Below the pieces are notes generated by a model, which was not told where the DNA came from, searched no databases, and saw nothing but the letters and a program-made list of their open reading frames with translations. Shown here in pieces: positions 53,181 through 62,903 of a stretch of DNA of 64,000 nucleotides (position 1 is the first letter of the stretch; each line of letters begins with the position of its first letter). Source of the stretch: Desulfuromonadales bacterium (GTDB lineage Bacteria; Desulfobacterota; Desulfuromonadia; Desulfuromonadales; JAWOCM01); NCBI GenBank assembly GCA_046483795.1, contig JAWOCM010000053.1, positions 203 to 64,202 on the forward strand. The letters run 5' to 3'. The position numbers and the translations under genes were made by a program.

Positions 53181-53199
53181 CTTGTATACAGTATGCAAG
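53181..53199. promoter_or_regulatory. 19-bp near-perfect palindrome upstream of sfrB
   Basis: CTTGTATAC-A-GTATGCAAG, with one symmetric mismatch pair. It lies about 100 nt upstream of the sfrB start. Confidence 0.3.
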
Positions 53200-53310
53200 T
53201 AAATAACATAAAGGCATTCGGCAAATCAAGCACTATTTTACCGTTTCAGGTGTCTGAAAATCCTTTTCAACAGCCCGAAATCTATTAAGTTTCACCGTCC
53301 TCCAAGGGCC

Positions 53311-53730
53311 TCAGAGCCGGTCTGGAAAATCGCTGGCTATTTTCCATTCTCCGACCCGAGTCCCGTCTTCGCTGTGCAGGTTCCACTCCTGTTCGACCTT
53401 GCGGGTCTGGACCCTGACCGAGGGAAGTTCATAATACTGATATTCGAAATCCACCGTTGCACTGTCAGGAGCCGTCATGTCCACCCGATTGACCTGGATG
53501 TCGACGATGTAAAGATCGTCAGCTTCGTCAAACATTTCCCGGAACCTTTTGCCGGGCTTTTGTTCAAAATAGTCGGCTGCACTGTTGATATCGAGCCAGC
53601 GCAAGCGTTGCGTGAAATCCTGCACGTTGCTGACCAGTCTGCTCCGCTGGTCCGGCAGGCTCGACATGGAACAAGCTCCGAGTCCTGTCGATAGCAGCAA
53701 AACAGCGACGGCTTTGACGAAAATCCTCAT
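53311..53730 (-). CDS. Hypothetical lipoprotein
   Basis: 139 aa from MRIFVKAVAVLLLSTGLGAC (lipobox). I recognise no family. Confidence 0.55.
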   Translation of the reverse strand: MRIFVKAVAVLLLSTGLGACSMSSLPDQRSRLVSNVQDFTQRLRWLDINSAADYFEQKPGKRFREMFDEADDLYIVDIQVNRVDMTAPDSATVDFEYQYYELPSVRVQTRKVEQEWNLHSEDGTRVGEWKIASDFPDRL

Positions 53731-53827
53731 TAAACAGACCTTCCTGCATACTGGTGGAAAAAGCGGTTGCGTGCGGGGCAATCTCCGCTACACTTCCTTC
53801 TTTATCATAGCGTCGGAGTTGCATTGT

Positions 53828-54103
53828 ATGAAAAAAGTCGAGATATACACCAAGAGCTATTGCCCCTACTGTCACAGAGCCAAGGAGCTGCTGCACATCA
53901 AGGGCGTGCCGTTCACCGAACACGACATTACCACAGACCCCGCCGGGGAACAGGAGATGCGACGGCGCTCGCAGCGTGAGACGGTGCCGGAAATTTTTGT
54001 CGACGGGGAACTTCTCGGCGGCTGCACCGAGCTGTTCGAGCTCGACGAGGAGGGTCGCCTCGACCAGGTTCTCGAGCTCAAATCCGGCGAACGGAACCGA
54101 TGA
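53828..54103 (+). CDS. grxC: Glutaredoxin (GrxC-like)
   Basis: 91 aa. MKKVEIYTKSYCPYCHRAKELL...TVPEIFVDGELLGGCTEL. Confidence 0.9.
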   Translation: MKKVEIYTKSYCPYCHRAKELLHIKGVPFTEHDITTDPAGEQEMRRRSQRETVPEIFVDGELLGGCTELFELDEEGRLDQVLELKSGERNR

Positions 54104-54231
54104 ACTCATCGCCCTGCCGGAGGGCGACGTCAGATAACAACCTCCCGACTCTATGAGTTTCCGGTCGTCGACCCGCCTTGATCCTCAAGCACTCCCCAGG
54201 AATTCGAGCGATCTGTTCATACGAACAGGGC

Positions 54232-55488
54232 TCAGCCCGTCCCGCTTTCCTTTTCATCCGCCTCTCGTACAATGGCTGTGTAGAACTTGTGACCGTCCGA
54301 GTCGGCCACAGACAGGGAAAGCTCCAGCAGCAGCAACGTTCCATCGCGGCGGCAGGCCTTGATGGTCTGGACATGACGCATCAGCTCGGGAGCATTGTCC
54401 CTGAGGTAGTCCGCGATCCCCTGATCGTGAACGGACCGACTCTCCGGATGGATCAGTTTCTCCACGTTCTCGCCGAGGATTTCGGCCTTGCTGTATCCGA
54501 AGAGACGCTGTGCGGCCTGATTGAAGAGAATGATCTGGCCGCCGGCAAGGAAGGACACGATACCGTCGCGGGCGGTTTCGGTCAAAGTACGGAACCGTCG
54601 CTCCGACTCTTCGAGGTGTTCGGTCTGATCCTTGAGGCGGTCTATCATTTCGTTGAAGGCGCCGGTCAGCACGCCGATTTCATCCTTGCTGCGCATTTCG
54701 AGCTTTTCCTCGAAACGGCCGGTGCGCACGATGTTGGACAGGGCCTCGGCGAGGCGGCTGATCGGCCGGGTTACAGCCACCCGCACAAGTATGCCCAGGG
54801 AAAGGACCAGAGCCAGAAAGATCCCACCCGTGGCTATCAGTTCGCTGCGCACATTGCTCCACAGCTGGGCCTGCAGCCGGGCCATGGGAATGGTCACCGA
54901 AGCCGCACCGATGACCTCGCCGATCTTGTAATAGTAGGCCTGGTCGGATTCTTCCGGAAAGAGTTTTTTGATGTAGTCGGGCGCCCGCTCCGGGTCCCCA
55001 TGGCATTCGAGACAACTTTCTTCCACCGTAAACGACTGAAGATAGCGAAAAACCGGCTCACCGTTGATCTCGGTGATGCCATGATGCTCTTCCTGATAGG
55101 GATTTTCCTGGAACCGGTCGAGTACTCTTGATTCGAAAGGATCAGGGGCGTTTTTCGGGTTCCGGTAACGTTTGGAGATCTGGCGGATTTCGTAATCGAG
55201 ATCTTCGGCGACAAGGGCGCCGATACGGGTCGAAGCGACGACCGGAATCAGCCCGTAACGCTCGACGGACAACTCGACATCGCCGGCCTGAAGCTGGCTG
55301 GAGAGATATTCCCGGGCACGGATCGCCTCGGAGGCGATGACCCTTGCCTTTTCTGCGGCATCCTCGATGATGTAGGCCCGCTGCTGACGGTAAGTCAAAT
55401 AGGAGGAAAGGGAAAAAAAGATCAGCATGATGACCGCGATGGTCAAAACGACCTTGGTCAGCAGACCGAAACGAATAAAGGTAGACAT
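54232..55488 (-). CDS. Membrane sensor: periplasmic DUF3365-like haem-c domain, HAMP and PAS, with no recognisable output domain
   Basis: 418 aa from MSTFIRFGLL. TM1, a periplasmic region with a single CLECH motif, TM2, HAMP (RPISRLAEAL...GVLTGAFNEM), a PAS domain, then the stop. Confidence 0.8.
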   Translation of the reverse strand: MSTFIRFGLLTKVVLTIAVIMLIFFSLSSYLTYRQQRAYIIEDAAEKARVIASEAIRAREYLSSQLQAGDVELSVERYGLIPVVASTRIGALVAEDLDYEIRQISKRYRNPKNAPDPFESRVLDRFQENPYQEEHHGITEINGEPVFRYLQSFTVEESCLECHGDPERAPDYIKKLFPEESDQAYYYKIGEVIGAASVTIPMARLQAQLWSNVRSELIATGGIFLALVLSLGILVRVAVTRPISRLAEALSNIVRTGRFEEKLEMRSKDEIGVLTGAFNEMIDRLKDQTEHLEESERRFRTLTETARDGIVSFLAGGQIILFNQAAQRLFGYSKAEILGENVEKLIHPESRSVHDQGIADYLRDNAPELMRHVQTIKACRRDGTLLLLELSLSVADSDGHKFYTAIVREADEKESGTG

Positions 55489-55549
55489 GACTAGAAACAC
55501 CTTCCCGGAAGAGTACGCCCATCCCATTCTATCGGCAAATTGCGCCAGT

Positions 55550-56131
55550 TCAAGATGATATCCGAAAATGCCCGAGTTCGAGTCGCTGCAGGAACTGGAC
55601 AAGAATCGCCGCCGTCAGGCCCCACACCTCGTGCCCTTGAACCGTGAAAAAACAGACACGCTCCGTGCGACCCTGAAAACTCCAGTCTTCGCAGCGGAAA
55701 ATCCCGGGATCAAGCAGAGCGTCCAGAGGCAGTTCGAGAATCTCTGCGATCTCGAAATCGCACGGGGCGAAAGGATATGGATAAGGAAAGGTGCCGACGA
55801 AAGGGGTCACGCACACGTCATGAATGGAAAGAATGTCATCGAGGCGACCGAGGACTTCTATGTCGGCAGGCCGGATCCCCACCTCCTCTTCGGTTTCCCG
55901 CAGTGCTGTTGCCAGCAGATCATCGTCCTCGCTGTGCCTGCCTCCGCCGGGGAAGGAGATCTCGCCAGCGTGTTTGTCCAGATGATCGGTGCGGCGGGTG
56001 AACAGAATATGCTCGCGTCCCTGATTAACGAACAGCGGCAACAGCACGGCCGCCGGACGCAGCCCTTTTCTGCCGAGGGTGCGAACCGGGTGGCTGTCGA
56101 GGCTCTGGCGAACAAGGGCACGATCGAGCAT
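55550..56131 (-). CDS. NUDIX hydrolase, CoA pyrophosphatase-like
   Basis: 193 aa. Nudix box GGGRHSEDDDLLATALRETEEEVGI. Confidence 0.88.
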   Translation of the reverse strand: MLDRALVRQSLDSHPVRTLGRKGLRPAAVLLPLFVNQGREHILFTRRTDHLDKHAGEISFPGGGRHSEDDDLLATALRETEEEVGIRPADIEVLGRLDDILSIHDVCVTPFVGTFPYPYPFAPCDFEIAEILELPLDALLDPGIFRCEDWSFQGRTERVCFFTVQGHEVWGLTAAILVQFLQRLELGHFRISS

Positions 56132-56796
56132 CAGGCCTCTACGAAAAGGGCATTGCGGCGGAGCGTCTCGATGGTGGAGACATAATCGACGCCACTGAAA
56201 ACAGCGCTGCCGGCCACGAAGACGTCGGCTCCGGCGGCAGCGATTTCTGAAATGTTATCCGCCTTGACTCCACCGTCCACCTCGAGTTCGACACTCAGGA
56301 GGCGGCGCTCTATCTCTCGGCGCAAGGTCCTGATCTTTTCGAGGCAGGAGGGGATGAAGCTCTGGCCTCCGAAACCGGGATTGACACTCATCAGCAGCAC
56401 CAGATCGAGATCGTCGAGAATGATCTCGAGGCTGGAAACAGGGGTGGCCGGATTGAGAGAGACGCCCGCCTTCTTGCCGAGGCTTCGAATGAGCTGGACA
56501 GTGCGGTGCAGATGGGGAACGGTCTCGGCATGGACGGTAATGATGTCGGCACCGGCCCGGGCGAACTCCGGAATGTAATGATCCGGATTCTCGATCATCA
56601 GATGCACATCGAGGGGTTTCTCCGTGACCTTGCGAACGGCCTCCACCACAGGCGGGCCGATGGTGATATTGGGCACGAAATGGCCGTCCATGACGTCGAT
56701 ATGAATGTAATCGGCACCAGCGGCATCTATGGCCCGTACTTCCTCGCCGAGGCGAGCGAAATCCGCGGAGAGAATCGAAGGGGCGATCTTGATCAT
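56131..56796 (-). CDS. rpe: Ribulose-phosphate 3-epimerase
   Basis: 221 aa from [32 protein letters not shown]. The stop overlaps the nudix start (TGATG). Confidence 0.95.
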   Translation of the reverse strand: MIKIAPSILSADFARLGEEVRAIDAAGADYIHIDVMDGHFVPNITIGPPVVEAVRKVTEKPLDVHLMIENPDHYIPEFARAGADIITVHAETVPHLHRTVQLIRSLGKKAGVSLNPATPVSSLEIILDDLDLVLLMSVNPGFGGQSFIPSCLEKIRTLRREIERRLLSVELEVDGGVKADNISEIAAAGADVFVAGSAVFSGVDYVSTIETLRRNALFVEA

Positions 56797-56818
56797 GTTT
56801 TGACTCCAGTAGAACCAC

Positions 56819-56883
56819 GTGACGGGTGACAAGTGACAGGTGACATATCGAAAAGCTATCACATCTCACACGTCACTTGTCAC
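56819..56883. repeat. Opposed arrays of 7-nt-periodic GTGAC repeats forming a 12-bp hairpin
   Basis: GTGAC at 56819, 56826, 56833 and 56840. The inverted (G/C)TCAC is at 56865, 56872 and 56879. GTGACAAGTGAC (56826..56837) is perfectly complementary to GTCACTTGTCAC (56872..56883). The element spans the rsmB stop and the rpe 5' region. Confidence 0.6.
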
Positions 56884-58266
56884 TGTTTTTTTGAATCGCA
56901 CCGCGTAGAACCCATCCATTCCGCCGTGCCGATGGGGCCAGGTCCGCAGCGCCCCCCTGGCGTCGAACAATTCGTGCCAGGCCGAAGGAGTCGAATCGCG
57001 CAGGTCTTCGCGGACAAACTCGGGATGGGAGGCGAGAAAGTTTTCGACAACGCCATCGGTTTCCTCGGCCGTCACAGTGCACAGCGAATAGAGCAGTACC
57101 CCGCCGGGTCGAACCATCGAAGCGACCTGCCCCAGAACCGTCCTCTGCAGCTTTGCCAGTCGTGCAATATCGCTTTCCTTGCGGCGCCAGCGGCTTTCCG
57201 GATTGCGCCGCAGCACCCCCAAACCGCTGCAGGGTGCATCGACCAGAACCCGGTCGAAACTTCCGGCCTCCAGAAAAGCAGGTTCGGACGTCAGATCCCA
57301 ACAGCGGGCATCTATGTTGTCGCAGCCGAGCCTCCGGGCTCCTTCTTCGATCATTTTTACCCGGTTCGGATAGAGATCGAGGGCAACGATCTTTGCATTG
57401 TTGTCCGAAAGGGCTGCCAGATGAGTGGTTTTGCCTCCGGGAGCGGCGCAGGCGTCGAGAATGCGCTCGTCCGGCCGGAGACACAGCAGATGAGCCATCA
57501 GCATGCTCGCCTCGTCCTGAACCTGATACCACCCTTGTTCGTCGCCCGGCAGAGAACCGCCGAGGGAGCCGGAGACCACCACCCCTTCAGGCGCATATCG
57601 CGTAGCGCTTGCCTCAATGCCGGCCTCGGCCAATGCCTCAAGGTAGGAAACACGATTCATTTTCAGGGTGTTGACCCGCAGCGTCAGGGGCGGCTCCTTC
57701 AGGATCTCTGCCCCGAGCGCGCGCGCCTCTTCAGCGCCCAGGTCGTGCAAAAACCGCCGGGCCAGCCAGAGCGGAAGCGAGAGGGCGTGCTGCAGATGAT
57801 CCAGCGGATGGTTCTTCGCCTCGGGCCAGTGAATCGAAGTCTTCTGACGCACCAGGCTGCGCAGAACGCCATTGACGAAGCCGGCAGCGCGGCCCAGGCC
57901 ATTGCGCTTGGCCAACTCCACCGTTTCGTGCACGGCGGCGTGATCCGGCACACGGTCGAGTTGCAGAACCTGGTAAGCTCCCAGACGCAGCAACAGCAAG
58001 ACATCCTGATCGAGCGTGTCCAGCGGTTTTCTACAGAAACGCTGCACAGAATAGTCGAGCCGGCCGCGATGGCGCAGCAAACCGTAGACCATCTCGGTGA
58101 CGAGAGCCCGGTCCCTGGCAGCCATGTCCGGATACTTCCGGAGGGCGGCATCCAGCGCCAGATCGGAAAAAGCGCCCTGCTCAACCCGGCGCAGAATATC
58201 GAAGGCCGCCTGACGCGGCGATGAATCGGGCACAATCACCTCAAAAAAGAAGCGGCGGAACGCCAT
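56866..58266 (-). CDS. rsmB: 16S rRNA (cytosine967-C5)-methyltransferase RsmB
   Basis: 466 aa. NusB-like N-domain and a SAM-MTase core (DACAAPGGKT, PCSGLGV). The last 8 codons lie within the GTGAC repeat. Confidence 0.92.
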   Translation of the reverse strand: MAFRRFFFEVIVPDSSPRQAAFDILRRVEQGAFSDLALDAALRKYPDMAARDRALVTEMVYGLLRHRGRLDYSVQRFCRKPLDTLDQDVLLLLRLGAYQVLQLDRVPDHAAVHETVELAKRNGLGRAAGFVNGVLRSLVRQKTSIHWPEAKNHPLDHLQHALSLPLWLARRFLHDLGAEEARALGAEILKEPPLTLRVNTLKMNRVSYLEALAEAGIEASATRYAPEGVVVSGSLGGSLPGDEQGWYQVQDEASMLMAHLLCLRPDERILDACAAPGGKTTHLAALSDNNAKIVALDLYPNRVKMIEEGARRLGCDNIDARCWDLTSEPAFLEAGSFDRVLVDAPCSGLGVLRRNPESRWRRKESDIARLAKLQRTVLGQVASMVRPGGVLLYSLCTVTAEETDGVVENFLASHPEFVREDLRDSTPSAWHELFDARGALRTWPHRHGGMDGFYAVRFKKTVTSDV

Positions 58267-58320
58267 TCAGGACGATCCGCCACGGAAAATTCAACAGGAA
58301 TCGGAAGACCGATGCGGGGT

Positions 58321-59163
58321 CTAGACCAGCCGCATTCCTTCAAGACGCCGGACCCGTTCTTCCACCGGAGGATGGGTGGAAAAGAGGGAACTGATCCCTC
58401 CGCCGCGCAAGGGATTGACGATAAACATGTGGGCACTGGCTTCATTGTGTCCCTGCATGGGGATCTGCTTGTTGGCACTTTCCAGCTTGCGCAGCGCATT
58501 GGACAGATAGCCGGGATTGCCACACAGGCGGGCTCCGCCTTCGTCCGCGAGATATTCGCGGGAACGCGAGACCGCCATCTGCAGCAGACCGGCGGCGATC
58601 GGCGCCAGAATGGCCAGCAGCAGCATCGAGACCATGTTTCCGCCGCCCTCCTCGTCGTCACCGCCGAATCCACCAAAGATGGCGGCCCACTGGGCCATGT
58701 AGGCCAGGTAGGTGATGGCGCCGGCGATGGTCGCGGCGATCGAACCGATGAGGATATCCCGATGCTTGACGTGACTCATCTCGTGCGCCATCACACCGGA
58801 GAGTTCGTTGCGATCGAGAATCTGCATAAGCCCCTCCGTCGCAGCCACCGCGGAATGCTCCGGATTGCGTCCGGTGGCGAAAGCGTTGGGGGTCGGCTGC
58901 GGCAGCACATAGACTTTGGGCATCGGCAGGCCGGCGTTTCGGCATATCTCCCACACCACTTCGTAAAGGGTGCCGCTGCTGACTTCCTTGCCCTTATACC
59001 GGGCCAGGATGATCTTGTCGGAAAACCAGTAGGCGCCGAAGTTCATCACACCGGCCATGACCAGGGCGAGCATTGCGCCTCCCCGCCCGCCGATGGCGCC
59101 GCCGGCGATCACCAGAAGGCCGGTCAGACCGGCCAATAATAATGTGGTACGCAATCTGTTCAT
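58321..59163 (-). CDS. htpX: Zinc metalloprotease HtpX
   Basis: 280 aa from [23 protein letters not shown], 4 TM segments, and a GAGGTGA RBS. Confidence 0.93.
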   Translation of the reverse strand: MNRLRTTLLLAGLTGLLVIAGGAIGGRGGAMLALVMAGVMNFGAYWFSDKIILARYKGKEVSSGTLYEVVWEICRNAGLPMPKVYVLPQPTPNAFATGRNPEHSAVAATEGLMQILDRNELSGVMAHEMSHVKHRDILIGSIAATIAGAITYLAYMAQWAAIFGGFGGDDEEGGGNMVSMLLLAILAPIAAGLLQMAVSRSREYLADEGGARLCGNPGYLSNALRKLESANKQIPMQGHNEASAHMFIVNPLRGGGISSLFSTHPPVEERVRRLEGMRLV

Positions 59164-59313
59164 TTTCTGACTCACCTCATACAAAAAAAAAGAGTAAGGG
59201 GAACGATTCGGGTTGCGCTCTCTGCTTGGCTAATCTAGTTTCCGGACAGAAACTTGCCAGTGCCCATCCGGCTTTTCCGAATGTACACTAATCTAATCAC
59301 GCTCGGGCAAAAA

Positions 59314-60093
59314 TCAAGTGATGATGTGCGCGTCCAGAGCCTTCTGAACTTCCGGCAGCATGATGCTGGTATTGAAACAGGGACCGTTGGGACGGCGGTT
59401 GAGCACACCGATAACCGGCAGCGGATAGGCGTCGCGGATGCCGCTGGTGAGATCCCGTTCGCAGGCCACGGCCAGAATGAATTTGGGACGCTTCTCGACG
59501 ATGAGCTTGCGGGCGATGGTTCCGCCGGTCGCCACGGCGATGTCGATACCGTAACTGTAGGCCAGCTCGACAAGGTCTTTGATGTCGCACTTCCCGCAAC
59601 GGATGCACTTTTTCACTTCGCCGGTAATCTTTATATCGCAGTCGAAGAGCTGGATGCAGTGCGGCAGGAGAATCATCGCCCGGTCCGGTTCGACCCGCAA
59701 GCTTCGGGCACGGACAAGCTGATTGTTCAGAGCGACAAAAGACTGCTGCAACGTATCGCGATCGATCCCCAGCATCCGGCCGAAGCCGATAACGCCCGGG
59801 AAAAGGTACTTGATGACCAGGCCTCGCAGACGGCGGGACACAAAAAGATCCCGGCCCGTGAGAAGGGTCAGGATCAGCAGGCCGAGCCCGGCCACGATAA
59901 CGATCGAGATTCCCCACACCACAGCTCCGAAAAGGATCGGCAGGACGGGGTGAATATTCCCCATGCCGACGTTGGGCACCCACCACAGCAGCGTCGCCAC
60001 GACGATTACCAGAGCGCAGGCGCCGGCAAGCAGCGCGATAAAAATACGCTTGCGAGGCTTCTCCGCGCGAAGATCCGAAATCTGTTCCGTCAA
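59314..60093 (-). CDS. DUF116 family membrane protein
   Basis: Two TM helices, then LLPHCIQ...C..KC and CERDL motifs typical of DUF116. The start is uncertain. I propose TTG 60093, directly after the fmt stop. The track ATG 60192 would overlap fmt by 97 nt. Confidence 0.72.
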   Translation of the reverse strand: MTEQISDLRAEKPRKRIFIALLAGACALVIVVATLLWWVPNVGMGNIHPVLPILFGAVVWGISIVIVAGLGLLILTLLTGRDLFVSRRLRGLVIKYLFPGVIGFGRMLGIDRDTLQQSFVALNNQLVRARSLRVEPDRAMILLPHCIQLFDCDIKITGEVKKCIRCGKCDIKDLVELAYSYGIDIAVATGGTIARKLIVEKRPKFILAVACERDLTSGIRDAYPLPVIGVLNRRPNGPCFNTSIMLPEVQKALDAHIIT

Positions 60094-60095
60094 CG

Positions 60096-61040
60096 CTAAA
60101 ACTCCAGACGGGTGCCGGGAACCATGGTTCGTCCCCTGACAAAATCGGCGGTGGGAAGGCGTTTCCTGCCCGGCAGCTGCAATTCGCGGCACAGCAGAAC
60201 CCCCTCGCCACAGGCGATGCGGACTCCCTCGGAATCGGCGCTGAGGACCGTTCCCGGCTCGCCGCTGCCTTCGAGGGGCGAGGTGCCGAAAAGCTTGATG
60301 TCTTTGCCCTCCAGCTTCGTATATGCACCCGGCCAGGGATCGAGACCGCGAACCTGGTTGTGGATCTCTTCGGCGCTGCGGCTCCAGTCGATGCGACCGT
60401 CTTCCTTCTTGAGCATGGGCGCATAGCTGCTCTTCTCGTCATCCTGCGGCTCGGGCTCCAGGGTCCCGGCACACAGGCGGGCCAGCGTTTCCACCATGGT
60501 TTCGCGCCCCAGCAGGGCCAGGCGGTGGTGAAGTTCCCCCGCCGTCTCCTCGGGACCGATCGCCAGCGACTTTCTCACCAGCATGTCGCCGGTGTCGAGG
60601 CCCTCGTCCATGAGCATGGTGGTGATGCCGGTGGATTCCTCCCCGTCGATGATCGCCTTGTTGATCGGTGCCGCACCACGGTAGCGCGGCAAAAGCGACG
60701 CATGCACGTTGATGCAGCCGTATTCGGGAATCTCCAGCACGCTTTTGGGCAGAATCTGCCCGAAGGCGACGACGACGATCAGGTCCGGCTCGAGCTCCCG
60801 CAACTGTTCGACCGCCTCGGGGGCGCGCAGTTTGGGCGGCTGAAACACAGGGATATCGTGCTGTTCGGCCAACACCTTGACCGGTGGCGGCGTCAGTTTT
60901 CTGCCCCGTCCGCTGGGACGATCCGGTTGGGTATAAACGGCACACAGGTCGACCCCTGCCTCGATCAACCCCTTGAGAGTTTCGAGCGCAAAATCGGGGG
61001 TCCCCATGAAGACGGTGCGGATCTCTCGGGGGTCGATCAC
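60096..61040 (-). CDS. fmt: Methionyl-tRNA formyltransferase
   Basis: 314 aa. VFMGTPDFA...HASLLPRYRGAAPI. Confidence 0.96.
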   Translation of the reverse strand: MIDPREIRTVFMGTPDFALETLKGLIEAGVDLCAVYTQPDRPSGRGRKLTPPPVKVLAEQHDIPVFQPPKLRAPEAVEQLRELEPDLIVVVAFGQILPKSVLEIPEYGCINVHASLLPRYRGAAPINKAIIDGEESTGITTMLMDEGLDTGDMLVRKSLAIGPEETAGELHHRLALLGRETMVETLARLCAGTLEPEPQDDEKSSYAPMLKKEDGRIDWSRSAEEIHNQVRGLDPWPGAYTKLEGKDIKLFGTSPLEGSGEPGTVLSADSEGVRIACGEGVLLCRELQLPGRKRLPTADFVRGRTMVPGTRLEF

Positions 61041-61555
61041 GGGGCCTCCTGATGCTGTTCCATGATTTTTTTGTATTTCTTCCGGAAAAGGCTCTTCTTC
61101 AAAGAGGAGAGATGATCGATGAAGAGGACTCCATCGAGATGGTCGATCTCGTGCTGGAAGGCTACCGCGAGCAAATCTTCCACCTCGCGCTCCACCTCCT
61201 GCCCGTCGAGGTCGAGATAACGGACCTTCAGCCAGGTATGACGGGAAACGGGTGCATAGAACTCAGGCACCGAAAGGCAGCCTTCCTCTTCGGCCCTTTC
61301 GCCGCTCGCCTCTATAATTCGGGGGTTGACAGCGGTGATCAGCTCCGGCGGCTCGTCATTGGCCGAACAATCGATCACCACCAGGCGTCTGGATACCCCG
61401 ACTTGCGGAGCAGCCAGCCCGACGCCGGGAGCATCGTACATCGTCTGAGCCATGTCGCGCGCCAGAATGCGGATTTCTTCATCGACCGTGTCCACCGGCT
61501 CGGCCTTGCGGCGCAAAACCTCTTCTGGATAATGTCGAATCCTCAGTAGGGACAT
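61037..61555 (-). CDS. def: Peptide deformylase
   Basis: 172 aa. GVGLAAPQVG, EGCLSVP, HEIDHLDG. Confidence 0.96.
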   Translation of the reverse strand: MSLLRIRHYPEEVLRRKAEPVDTVDEEIRILARDMAQTMYDAPGVGLAAPQVGVSRRLVVIDCSANDEPPELITAVNPRIIEASGERAEEEGCLSVPEFYAPVSRHTWLKVRYLDLDGQEVEREVEDLLAVAFQHEIDHLDGVLFIDHLSSLKKSLFRKKYKKIMEQHQEAP

Positions 61556-61780
61556 AAGCGGCTATCACCTGGGAAATTGAAACTGTTCCGTAGAATCGAT
61601 ACCAATTTACTCATCATACGCAACCGGCGTCGGCAAAGTCAACAGCAAGCCGGCGTCAGCAGAATTTTCGGGACGGGCCGGGAACAGTTCCGATTGCCTG
61701 ATTCAAGCGCGAAGATCCAATTTCCGACCCGCTTTTTCAGCCCTATGGCATTCCACTATCTTTCCCCTCTGCTCTCCGCG

Positions 61781-62173
61781 TCACAGGGGGTGGTCCGTGT
61801 GTACTCCGCCGGAAAAGCGCGTCACCGCGTCGACGCGCACAAGCAAGGTCTCCTCGACTTGAGGCGTTCCGGGCTTTTCGGCAGTGGGGACAAAGCCGTC
61901 GAGGATGGCGACCTCCTCCGTCTTCTCCACCTGTCCCGTCAGCTGATATCCTTTCCGACCCGACCGGTCGAGCACCATCACCGCCACATTCGGATTTTCG
62001 GCGATATTCTCCAGCGTCCGGTGACAGAACCAGGCATCGAAGATCACACGATTGTCCCCGACCACACGCAACCCGTAACCGGCAGCCAGATGCGGCTCAC
62101 CCCCGGCACTGGCCGAGGCAAGCAGAGCGTAATCGGTCTCTTCGATCAATCGACGCGTACTTTGCGGAATCAT
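61781..62173 (-). CDS. Pyridoxamine 5'-phosphate oxidase-like FMN-binding split-barrel protein
   Basis: 130 aa. LLASASAGGEPHLAAGYGLRVVGDNRVIF...NPNVAVMVLD, a pattern typical of small PNPOx-like proteins. Confidence 0.6.
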   Translation of the reverse strand: MIPQSTRRLIEETDYALLASASAGGEPHLAAGYGLRVVGDNRVIFDAWFCHRTLENIAENPNVAVMVLDRSGRKGYQLTGQVEKTEEVAILDGFVPTAEKPGTPQVEETLLVRVDAVTRFSGGVHTDHPL

Positions 62174-62270
62174 CGTACTTTCCTTTCCCGGCTTTTAAAG
62201 CCGATTGCCACATTCGCCCGTTCAGGTATAATTCAATCATACGACGAAATTTCCAGAAAGGGAGGGTTCA

Positions 62271-62522
62271 ATGAAAGCCTTGATAGTCAAAGATGAGCTG
62301 AACTGGCGGGATCGGTGGTCGGTGGAACTGGGGAAGAATCTCGAAATCAGCGACAGTACGAATAATGTGCTTGTTTTCAAAGACAAATATTCGGAGAAGG
62401 AGATACGGGACATTGTATCCGACGCACCGGACGAGCTTTTCGAAATCGTCGATCTCGAGGAATCGCCGAAAGATAGCTGCGACTTCATGGCCGACTCCGG
62501 AACGTGCTACCGGAAACGCTAA
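62271..62522 (+). CDS. Hypothetical protein (83 aa)
   Basis: An ORF with a strong RBS (GGGAGGG, 6 nt before the ATG) in a more AT-rich patch. I recognise no family. Confidence 0.4.
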   Translation: MKALIVKDELNWRDRWSVELGKNLEISDSTNNVLVFKDKYSEKEIRDIVSDAPDELFEIVDLEESPKDSCDFMADSGTCYRKR

Positions 62523-62570
62523 TGAATCGATCTTCGGCTGCCTTCGACAGAAATGGAGGTCACAAATATT

Positions 62571-62762
62571 ATGACTCTTTTCTACGATCCAGCAGACAAA
62601 GAGGACCAGCTATGGGTCGAAAAAATCCTCCAGGAAGGGGGAGTGGAATATTTCCTGCTCGAAGAACCGGTAGAGGAACTTGGACCCCGTCAGATCCATG
62701 TGGCCGAAGAAGACGAACCGCGGGCCAGAAAATTGCTGATGGAAGCTCAGAAGCAAAAGTGA
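62571..62762 (+). CDS. Small hypothetical protein, DUF2007-like by size and pattern
   Basis: 63 aa from MTLFYDPADKEDQLWVEKILQEGGVEYFL. GGAGGT lies 10 nt upstream of ATG 62571. Confidence 0.45.
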   Translation: MTLFYDPADKEDQLWVEKILQEGGVEYFLLEEPVEELGPRQIHVAEEDEPRARKLLMEAQKQK

Positions 62763-62903
62763 AGGGGGGCTCAATCAATCCCCCCTCAAAAATCCGCGAG
62801 CAGCTCAAGTGGCGTCACGGGCAGGACAAACTGGCGGAACCGATTCGTTTTCGGTCGGGTTTCCGGAACGTAATCTGAATCGCATTCCGCCAGGATCGTT
62901 CCA

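Noticed and set aside
59297-60472. A 391-aa minus-strand ORF bridging the DUF116 and fmt genes in a third frame. The similar plus-strand ORFs 58312..59139, 59254..60099 and 60360..61052 are treated together with it.
   Set aside because: These products are Arg/Pro/Gly/Ala-rich and overlap well-supported htpX, DUF116 and fmt coding frames. They are shadow ORFs.
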